A stretch of DNA of 43,029 bases from a virus. Taxonomy: Duplodnaviria > Caudoviricetes. Below, piece after piece: positions 35,554-43,029 of this stretch; positions within the stretch are counted from its first letter, which is position 1; each line of letters opens with the position of its first letter. The notes beneath the pieces are model-generated. The model did no database searches and was not told where the DNA came from. It was given only the letters and a program-made list of their open reading frames with translations. A program made the position numbers and the translations under genes. The stretch is from positions 1 through 43,029 of IMG/VR virus record IMGVR_UViG_3300020438_000079. One strand, given 5' to 3'.

Positions 35554-38355
35554 ATGGCATTACAAGCATCAGGTCCAATAAAATACACTGAAATTAGAGA
35601 TGAATTTGGTGATCCTTTATCAACAGATACAACCAATTCTTATAGTGTAGGTTGGACATATTGGACTCCACCAGCCCCATGGGTTAAATCATCTGATGGT
35701 GTTGCTGGATGGTATAATTCAGGAGATCCAGCTGCTTGGTCTCAATTTATGATAGATCATGCTGTCTATCCTTCTAATACAGATCCTTTAGTTGGTACTC
35801 ATCAAGCTATATGGAGGATAGGTGGAGAGGGTATGAGTCTTTTACCTGCAGATACTTATACACTAGAATGTCAATCTGATAGTACAGCTAATTTTACTTG
35901 GAATGAAACTTTTTTAGGGGAAACATCAGATCTAACTACACCTGATGGTACTCATTACTCTAGTCATAATACATCTACTACATTTACTTTTAATACTACT
36001 ACTGAAACTTATCATTATTTGACTGCCAATGTAACTAATGATGTATATGAAATACCTGAAACAGGAGTTACTTTTGATGAAAATGGTAATTTAGTTACTG
36101 GTGCTGGTAGTACTAATACACTTATTAGAATTTCTATTGGATGGGATGATGAAAAGGGTGGTAATGATTTTGGTGTAGCATGGGAAAGTTATACTATACC
36201 AGAATTGGGTATTGATTTTCAAGTAAAAAATGCTGGTGGTAATATACAGGAATGGGGTGCAAGAACTCAGGTAGTTCAAGTAGAACCTAATAAGGTATAT
36301 GCTGCAACACTTATTAGAGGAGATGGTACTACTACTTCTCCTTGGAGACATAATAATAATCAAAGATTTTGTATTCCAGATCAAGATGGTACTGATGCTA
36401 ATGCACAAATATGGGTTTCTACACCCAATAATACATTTCCATTATCTTCTGGTGATCGTACAGAGATAGTCAATAGGGATAGTTTGGCATATAATTCTTT
36501 AACTAGTCCACCAACATGGTATTATTGGCCATCAAATGATGGTAATACAGAGAATAATGGTATGCAAGGATTATATCCAGATGAACTAGATGAAGAAGGG
36601 AATCCAACTGGTAATAAAGTTCAGATTCGTGGAATGGTTGATCCTGATGTTATGTCTTCAAATACAACTTCGGATATAAGTGCTTGGAATAATAATGGTA
36701 TACCTACTCAGGCACCTGGTGATCCTAATGATTGGAATATAAATCCTGCTGGTGTGGCATGGGAGTTAAAAAATTCTAGTGGAACAGTAGTTCGTAGGTC
36801 AAGTGATTCCTTTAATTATTCTATTCCTTCTCCTAATTGGGGTACATTATTACAAACTTATTCTGTTTATGCATCTAATATTGGTTCATTAGTTGATGAA
36901 TGGCATGAGGCTGATTACTTATTTACTACCAGTAGTAGTCCTACTTATGACTTTGAGGCATCTGCGGATAGTCAATATGAAATATATTTGTATGATCCTA
37001 TATCGGATACAGAAACGCTTTGGATGAATGCATCAGGTAATGCATCTTGTAATATTGGTGGTGGGAATTGTTCACCTCTTACTGGAATAGCATTACAATC
37101 TAATACTACTTTTAAGTTTAGAGTAAGAGTATATAATGCTTCATCAACAAGTGTACCTACTAATTCTTGGTTATATAATCCAGGTGGTATTGCTTTTACA
37201 ATTAAAGATAGTTCTGGAACTATACTTAAAACTTCAAGAGATACTGGGAATCAAGGTTCTCTTGTAAGTATTGGTGATGGTAGTTCTAGATTTGGAAATT
37301 ATAGAGTTAGTGAATCCTTCGGATCATTGGTAGACGTTCCATTAGATACTGATGCTGGTGTTGATTTGAATTTAGATATACCTAAAAGTGGACCAATTAA
37401 ATTTAGTAATTTTTATAATGCCAGATTAAACATGGCAGTTGATTATTATACTGGGGATACTGAATATAGACCAGACACTGGTAGAACAAGATATAATGAT
37501 TCTACTAAAGTAAGAGTTATTGGTGGATTTAAAGCAAAACCTACTGATCCCACAGGTAAAAAGATAATACTTCATATCAATAAATTAATTGGTCTTAATC
37601 AAGTTGATAATGTAGGTGAATATAGTGGACAACCTACTAAATGTGCATTTAGAAGTGGTAGTAATTGGGGTGGATCATCAACTAAAATAAGAATAGATGT
37701 TGGTAGTAGTGGACAAGTTATAGGTGCTGGTGGTAATGGTGGTAGTACTCCTAATGGTACTAATAGTAGTAGTCCAGCTGGAAATCCTGGTGTATCAGGA
37801 ACAGGTGCTATTGGCGTACAACATGAAGGAACTGTTATAAATGTAAGAACTGGTGGAGTTATAAAAGCTGGTTGTGGTGGTGGAGGTGGAGGTGGTAACT
37901 TCGGAACCGATCATAAAAGAAGACCTTGGGATTGGGAAGGTGAAAATGCTACTGGTGGCGGCGGTGGAGGTGGTGCTGGATTACCTCCTGGAGAAGGTGG
38001 TATATCAGGTGAAGGAAATCCAGGTGATGGTTCTGATGGTGCTGATGGTACTATTTCTGCTGGTGGTAGTGGTGGTTCTGGTGGTGATGCATCAGCTGAT
38101 GGTACTTCTAACGATGATGCAGGTGCAGGTGGAATAGGTGGTGAATATTCAACAAATCATACTAATGGTTTAACTGTTGGTCAAGATGGCAAACAGATAC
38201 AATCTAGTGGTGCTGGTGGTGCTGGTGGTGCTAGTGGTGGAGCAATTCGTAAAACTACAGGTACAACATGGACTTTTGGTGATGAACACATTACTGATAA
38301 TGTTCTTGGAACTGGAAAAGGAGGAGCAGCAGAGTCACCTATTGGAGTGGAATAA
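35554..38355 (+). CDS. Gly-rich fibre-tip adhesin-like protein (gp38-like architecture) with a large N-proximal insertion
   Basis: MALQASGPIKYTEIRDEFG and IPKSGPIKFSNFY motifs; C-terminal GAGGNGG, GGGGGGG, GGGGGGGAG, GAGGAGG loops; follows an S74-chaperone fibre gene. Confidence 0.7.
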   Translation: MALQASGPIKYTEIRDEFGDPLSTDTTNSYSVGWTYWTPPAPWVKSSDGVAGWYNSGDPAAWSQFMIDHAVYPSNTDPLVGTHQAIWRIGGEGMSLLPADTYTLECQSDSTANFTWNETFLGETSDLTTPDGTHYSSHNTSTTFTFNTTTETYHYLTANVTNDVYEIPETGVTFDENGNLVTGAGSTNTLIRISIGWDDEKGGNDFGVAWESYTIPELGIDFQVKNAGGNIQEWGARTQVVQVEPNKVYAATLIRGDGTTTSPWRHNNNQRFCIPDQDGTDANAQIWVSTPNNTFPLSSGDRTEIVNRDSLAYNSLTSPPTWYYWPSNDGNTENNGMQGLYPDELDEEGNPTGNKVQIRGMVDPDVMSSNTTSDISAWNNNGIPTQAPGDPNDWNINPAGVAWELKNSSGTVVRRSSDSFNYSIPSPNWGTLLQTYSVYASNIGSLVDEWHEADYLFTTSSSPTYDFEASADSQYEIYLYDPISDTETLWMNASGNASCNIGGGNCSPLTGIALQSNTTFKFRVRVYNASSTSVPTNSWLYNPGGIAFTIKDSSGTILKTSRDTGNQGSLVSIGDGSSRFGNYRVSESFGSLVDVPLDTDAGVDLNLDIPKSGPIKFSNFYNARLNMAVDYYTGDTEYRPDTGRTRYNDSTKVRVIGGFKAKPTDPTGKKIILHINKLIGLNQVDNVGEYSGQPTKCAFRSGSNWGGSSTKIRIDVGSSGQVIGAGGNGGSTPNGTNSSSPAGNPGVSGTGAIGVQHEGTVINVRTGGVIKAGCGGGGGGGNFGTDHKRRPWDWEGENATGGGGGGGAGLPPGEGGISGEGNPGDGSDGADGTISAGGSGGSGGDASADGTSNDDAGAGGIGGEYSTNHTNGLTVGQDGKQIQSSGAGGAGGASGGAIRKTTGTTWTFGDEHITDNVLGTGKGGAAESPIGVE

Positions 38356-38375
38356 ATAAAATTAGTTGATATAAT
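38352..38375 (+). promoter_or_regulatory. Candidate late promoter ATAAATA plus a TG-N-TATAAT box upstream of the oxygenase
   Basis: ATAAATA 38352-38358 overlapping the upstream stop; TGATATAAT 38367-38375, only 3 nt before the ATG. Confidence 0.45.
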
Positions 38376-38378
38376 ACT

Positions 38379-38969
38379 ATGTCTAGTGAATCTGATTTAA
38401 TACGACGTTATGAAGGTGCATTTTCAAAAGAAGATTGTGACGAAATAATAGAGGATATTAAATACTTTGAAAATCATAATCTTTTATATTATAATAAAAG
38501 TGGTCTCGATAAAGAAGATCATGAGACTTTAAATGTTGCTGAAAACTATGATGTAGATCTTCCTACATGTTCTAGAATAGTTTCTTCAATTATTCCAAAA
38601 TTTAAACCATGTATAGATGAATATTTGGAAGCTTTTAGTGTTCTTGGAAGATGTAAATTTTTAATATATGATTGTAAATTAAAAAAAATTCCAGAAGGTG
38701 GTGGATTTCATAATTGGCATTTTGAAAATAGTGAATTGCAATATGGGCAAAGGCATCTTGTTCTTCAATTATATTTGAATGATGAATTTGATGGTGGAGA
38801 AACTGAATTTTTATATCAACATCGAAGAGAAAAAGCTAAAAAAGGAGATGTATTAATATTTCCCTGTTCCTTTACTCATACACATAGGGGAAATCCACCA
38901 CTTGGAGGTACAAAATATATTGCTACTTCATGGGCATGGATGCAGCAGAGTGACCAAGGTGGTTATTAA
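38379..38969 (+). CDS. 2OG-Fe(II) oxygenase (prolyl-4-hydroxylase-like)
   Basis: GGGFHNWHFE (HxE), LYLNDEFDGGETEF, LIFP, THTHRGNPP, KYIATSW. Confidence 0.92.
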   Translation: MSSESDLIRRYEGAFSKEDCDEIIEDIKYFENHNLLYYNKSGLDKEDHETLNVAENYDVDLPTCSRIVSSIIPKFKPCIDEYLEAFSVLGRCKFLIYDCKLKKIPEGGGFHNWHFENSELQYGQRHLVLQLYLNDEFDGGETEFLYQHRREKAKKGDVLIFPCSFTHTHRGNPPLGGTKYIATSWAWMQQSDQGGY

Positions 38970-38976
38970 AACATTG

Positions 38977-38983
38977 ATAAATA
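38977..38983 (+). promoter_or_regulatory. Late promoter ATAAATA
   Basis: Intergenic, 22 nt upstream of ATG 39006. Confidence 0.7.
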
Positions 38984-39005
38984 ACTAAAAAATAACCCAT
39001 ATAAG

Positions 39006-41267
39006 ATGGCGAATATCAGAAAGAGTTTTAATTTTCGTGAAGGCGTTAAGGTTGACGACAGCGTTTTAGTTGTTGTTGGAGATCGAGTTGGTATAGGTAC
39101 TACCGCACCTGTTAAGGTCTTTGATGTAAAAGGTGATGTAGCAATATCAGAAAGTATTACTGTTGAGAGAGCAAAAATAAATGGTATTTCGACATTTATG
39201 GGGAATGTTGGAATAGGAACAACAAATATAACTGCTGCTGCATCAAGTAATAATACAACAATATTAAATGCTGGTATTGTAACTGCTATATCTTATTATG
39301 GTGACGGATCTAAATTAACCAATTTACCTTCATCTCCATTTTCTAATGCTACTTATGGTAGTTATGTATTATCATCTAATATTGGTATAGGATCTACAAA
39401 TCCTGTTTATGACTTACAAATTGGTAATGATCCAGCTAGTGGTAATGGAGTTGGAATAGATTCTCTATCAGGTAATATTAGAACTAGTGGAATTATAACT
39501 GCTACAAAATTTGTTGGTCCTTTTGTAGGAAATATAATTGGACAAGCTGATTATGCTCTCGTAGCTGCTGCGGCAACAACTGCTGGATATGCTAGTACTG
39601 CTGGAATCTCGACCACTTCTCAAGGTTTAACTGGAACTCCTGATATAAGTGTTTCTAATATTGTTGGTACGAGTGCAACATTTACTGGTGTATGTACTGC
39701 TACGAGGTTTGTTGGTGATTTAACTGGAACGGCAAGTGTTGCAAGTCTTGCCTTAGCATTATCACAGGGTGCATCTTATAGTGCTGAGAATATTATAGGT
39801 GGTATTGGATCTTTTGGTTCGGTTGGTATTGGAACTACAAATCCTGCAACTGATATTCAAATAGTTAATCCAAATAATGCAGTTATTACATTAGGTAGAG
39901 CAAATTCTGTTACTGGTAATAATGGAGCAATAGGATTTGGTAAGGTATCTGGTAGTTTTCCATATAGTAATGCAAACTCTTTGGATATACTTAATTATGG
40001 TATTGGTAATATTAATTTCTACTTAGAAGCAGGTTCTCCTGGTGTAAGTACAGGTAATTTCTATTGGCATAGAAGAGGAAATTATAGTCGTTTAATGACC
40101 TTAACTAATGCAGGTCAATTAAGTATTGGAGGAACTCAACCAACAACTACATTACAAGTAGTAGGAACTTCCACAGTAACAAATAAAGCATATTTTGGTA
40201 ATGATGTTGAAATTGCTGGAGATATTACTGCTCAAGGATTAGAAGCAACTTCATTAAGTATTTCACAATTAACTGCAAATTTAGTTGGAAATGTTAATGC
40301 TGCGTCTGGTCTTTCTACATTTACTAATGTAAAGGTAACAAGTAGATTAGGAATTAATACTGAAGCTTCTAGTGTTGGTCTTTATATTAATAGTGGTGAA
40401 TCAACAGTTTTTGCTGATAGTGTTGGAAATATTGGAATTAAAACTTATTCTACTTATTTTGCAGGAATCAATGCACTTAATACACAAGTTATAGTTGGTG
40501 GAGTTGGTATTGGAACCACACTTCCAAGATCAGTAGCTGACTTTGCTGATGCAGGTTTACTTGAGGGTGCAGTTGGTCTTACTACTACCAACAGATATAT
40601 GATACCACCAAGTATCACATCTACTGAAAGATCTGCTATTGCATCTGTTCAAGATGGTGCATTAATATACAATGAAACAAACGATAGATTAGAAGTATAT
40701 CCAAATTCTACAATAGGATGGGTTGGAATCTCGACAGGTTCTAGTGGTGGAGGTGGTGGAGGTGCTTCTACACTTAATGATTTAACTGATGTTAATGCAG
40801 GATCACCAACAGATAATCAAGCATTAAGTTGGGATAGTTCAACATCTAAATGGATACCTCAAACTGTTGTTACTGATGATTCAAGAACAACAAAAGCAGG
40901 AACTACTGCTAGTATTGCAAAAGATGCGTCTGGTGATTTAAACATTACAGGATTCAAATCATATGCACTATTAAAGGTTGTTATTAGTGCCCCTGCATGG
41001 GTAGTTTTATATACAAATGATACTACGAGAACTGCTGATGATAGTAGAGCAGAAGGAACAGATCCGACTCCTGGTTCAGGTGTAATTGCAGAAGTTCTTA
41101 CAACAACAGCAGGTGCAAGCACATTTGTAATGTCTCCTGGTGTGATTGGATGGAATGATGATGGATCTCCATCAACTACAATTTATGCAAAAGTTAAGAA
41201 TAAGCGATCATCTTCTGGTAGTAATGCAATTACAGTAACATTAACAGTTCTTAAATTGGAGAGTTAA
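39006..41267 (+). CDS. Tail fibre-like structural protein, 753 aa
   Basis: MANIRKSFNFREGV start, repeated VGIGTT, GIITATKF, GALIYNET, LNDLTDV...LSWDSSTSKW fibre motifs. Confidence 0.75.
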   Translation: MANIRKSFNFREGVKVDDSVLVVVGDRVGIGTTAPVKVFDVKGDVAISESITVERAKINGISTFMGNVGIGTTNITAAASSNNTTILNAGIVTAISYYGDGSKLTNLPSSPFSNATYGSYVLSSNIGIGSTNPVYDLQIGNDPASGNGVGIDSLSGNIRTSGIITATKFVGPFVGNIIGQADYALVAAAATTAGYASTAGISTTSQGLTGTPDISVSNIVGTSATFTGVCTATRFVGDLTGTASVASLALALSQGASYSAENIIGGIGSFGSVGIGTTNPATDIQIVNPNNAVITLGRANSVTGNNGAIGFGKVSGSFPYSNANSLDILNYGIGNINFYLEAGSPGVSTGNFYWHRRGNYSRLMTLTNAGQLSIGGTQPTTTLQVVGTSTVTNKAYFGNDVEIAGDITAQGLEATSLSISQLTANLVGNVNAASGLSTFTNVKVTSRLGINTEASSVGLYINSGESTVFADSVGNIGIKTYSTYFAGINALNTQVIVGGVGIGTTLPRSVADFADAGLLEGAVGLTTTNRYMIPPSITSTERSAIASVQDGALIYNETNDRLEVYPNSTIGWVGISTGSSGGGGGGASTLNDLTDVNAGSPTDNQALSWDSSTSKWIPQTVVTDDSRTTKAGTTASIAKDASGDLNITGFKSYALLKVVISAPAWVVLYTNDTTRTADDSRAEGTDPTPGSGVIAEVLTTTAGASTFVMSPGVIGWNDDGSPSTTIYAKVKNKRSSSGSNAITVTLTVLKLES

Positions 41268-42923
41268 ATGTCAGAATATATTGTTACTCTTAAAGATCAT
41301 AACGATCTCGATGATTTTTATACTCAGATGGAAGAGTCATCTGGAAATACTACTATCCCATCGAGAAAATGTACATGTACATCTCGTAGAACAATTAGTA
41401 GAAATACAAATTATGATCTAAGTGAACAAGAAGCACTAGAATTATCAAAAGATTCTAGGGTATTAGCAGTTGAAGAACCACCAGAGAAACGAGGTATAGA
41501 ACCTGTTCCTCTTTGGGATCAAACTGCTGATTTTCAAAAAAATCTTAGTACAATTTCATCCACAGATAAAAATTGGGGTCTTTTTAGGACTATTAATGGT
41601 GCTAGTGTTGCAAATTGGGGTAATGATAATACAACTTCTCATAATGCAACAATTAAGACTACGAGTTCTGGTAAAAATGTTGATGTTGTAGTTGTTGATA
41701 GGCACTTGGCTTCAAATCATCCTGAATTTGCGGTAAATGCAGATGGAACAGGAGGAAGTAGATTTGTAAATTTTAATTGGTTTCAATATAGTTCTGCATT
41801 AGGATATAGTAGTAATGCAACTTATAGTTACATGCTTGGAACAAGTTCTCATGGTACTCATGTTGCTGGAACTGTAGCTGGAAATACCCAAGGATGGGCG
41901 AGAGATGCTAATATCTATAATATGGAATTTGCGAGTGATGCTGGTGGTAATAATGGTGTTGCTGGTTGGACAAATAATTTATGGGATTATTTGAGACATT
42001 TTCATAAAAATAAAGATATAAACCCTGCAACTGGTAGAAGAAATCCTACAATTACAAATCATAGTTGGGGATATAGTCAAGGTACTCTGAATCTTTCTAC
42101 TGTTGGTAGCGTAACTTATAGAGGAACAACTACCGTTGTAAGTGGATCAACTTCTGAAAGACAAGCAATCTTAGAGTCAAAAGGATGTCCTTGTTTATAT
42201 GGAGTTTATCTTTATAGAATACCAGCTAGAGTAGCGTCAGTTGATGCTGACGTTGCAGATGCCATTGCAGATGGTGTTGTGGTTATAGGTGCTGCTGGTA
42301 ATTCTTATTGGCCAATGGATGTTCCTGGTGGACAAGATTATGACAATTCTATAGATCTAATAAGATACCATACACGAGGAATGACACCTGCAGCTGCTAC
42401 TGATGTAATATGTGTTGGATCTGTAGGTAGCAAGGTTGCTGAATATAAATCTACTTTTAGTAATTTTGATCGAAGAATAGATGTATGGGCTTCTGGTTCT
42501 AACATTATATCTTCTATGGGAACAGCACAAGATCCTTATGCAGCTCCTTATCCTGTTAATGCTACTGATCCTAGAGATAGTAATTATAGAATTGCAGCGA
42601 TTAGTGGAACGAGTATGTCAAGTCCACAGGTTACAGGTTATATTGCATGTTTATCAGAGCAAGAACCAAATTTAACAAATGCAGATGTTTTACAACATCT
42701 CATAGAAAATTCTAAAGCAAATGTAGCAGATGCAGGTGCATCAAACCCTGTTCAATCCCCTAATGAGAGTTTAGCTGATTCACCTAACAGATGGTTATTC
42801 TATGTAAAGAAAAGACCTGAAAGTGGAGTTGCTTACCCATCTATTACTCAGAACAATCGTAATCCTTCTACTAATGGAGTTAAATATCCTAGAAGTTCTT
42901 CATTGGTAACAAAAACTTCTTAA
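41268..42923 (+). CDS. Subtilisin-family (S8) serine protease with I9-like prodomain
   Basis: Catalytic motifs VDVVVVD, SHGTHVAGTVAG, GAAGN (oxyanion hole), SGTSMSSPQVTG; N-terminal EYIVTLK...LSKDSRVLAVE; TAAATG coupling to the fibre gene. Confidence 0.93.
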   Translation: MSEYIVTLKDHNDLDDFYTQMEESSGNTTIPSRKCTCTSRRTISRNTNYDLSEQEALELSKDSRVLAVEEPPEKRGIEPVPLWDQTADFQKNLSTISSTDKNWGLFRTINGASVANWGNDNTTSHNATIKTTSSGKNVDVVVVDRHLASNHPEFAVNADGTGGSRFVNFNWFQYSSALGYSSNATYSYMLGTSSHGTHVAGTVAGNTQGWARDANIYNMEFASDAGGNNGVAGWTNNLWDYLRHFHKNKDINPATGRRNPTITNHSWGYSQGTLNLSTVGSVTYRGTTTVVSGSTSERQAILESKGCPCLYGVYLYRIPARVASVDADVADAIADGVVVIGAAGNSYWPMDVPGGQDYDNSIDLIRYHTRGMTPAAATDVICVGSVGSKVAEYKSTFSNFDRRIDVWASGSNIISSMGTAQDPYAAPYPVNATDPRDSNYRIAAISGTSMSSPQVTGYIACLSEQEPNLTNADVLQHLIENSKANVADAGASNPVQSPNESLADSPNRWLFYVKKRPESGVAYPSITQNNRNPSTNGVKYPRSSSLVTKTS

Positions 42924-42946
42924 AATATGAAATCTTATAACTATGT

Positions 42947-42975
42947 TTGTAGGGGTTTGAGGGACATACTATAAT
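42947..42975 (+). promoter_or_regulatory. Candidate sigma70-type promoter
   Basis: TTGTAG 42947-42952, 17-nt spacer, TATAAT 42970-42975. Confidence 0.5.
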
Positions 42976-43006
42976 AATTTAAGACAACCAGTGGCGAAAG
43001 TGTCAC

Positions 43007-43029
43007 AAGACCCCATACAGGGGTCTTTT
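43007..43029 (+). terminator. Intrinsic terminator hairpin (T tract cut by window edge)
   Basis: AAGACCCC-ATACA-GGGGTCTT then TT. Confidence 0.8.

Noticed and set aside
192-42675. Short antisense and alternate-frame ORFs in the track (e.g. 192-425, 4477-4785, 6647-6988, 10277-10642, 19693-20118, 28554-28811, 36091-36408, 37874-38137, 42481-42675)
   Set aside because: They lie within or across well-supported long genes and have the composition expected of shadow frames of Gly/Thr/Ser-rich, T-ending codons. I saw no supporting motifs.
1-43029. tRNA genes, introns, inteins or stop-codon reassignment
   Set aside because: Intergenic gaps are too short for tRNAs, long ORFs are uninterrupted under the standard code with TAA, TAG and TGA all used as stops, and I recognised no intein or intron motifs by eye.

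Overview
AT-rich segment of a T4-like marine myovirus. Gene order and protein motifs match cyanomyoviruses (Kyanoviridae-like); the host cannot be read from this window. It begins with the gp32 single-strand binding protein gene, followed by the baseplate/hub cluster: gp53, gp48, a short gp2-like gene and gp4 on the minus strand; a tube-fold gp54/gp19-like gene, gp26, an uncalled gp51-like ORF, two paralogous tape-measure-like genes, a gp27-like hub and a gp5 spike spread over three ORFs on the plus strand. Next come about 30 kb of very large modular fibre/spike/adhesin genes, a 2OG-Fe(II) oxygenase and a subtilisin protease. The strongest signal is a complete -1 programmed ribosomal frameshift cassette at 5143-5200: internal SD, slippery T TTT TTC, 5-nt spacer and an 11-bp hairpin. 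It would fuse gp26 to the gp51-like ORF, in the tube - chaperone - tape-measure position occupied by lambda G/GT and P2 E/E'. Other notable items: nested (Russian-doll) domain insertions in two structural proteins, a motif apparently split across two fibre genes, combinatorial module shuffling in fibres, a perfect-consensus early promoter cassette inside the late fibre cluster, crossed late promoters, and a 10-nt-periodic gp32 leader. All product calls come from motif recognition and synteny; no searches were run.
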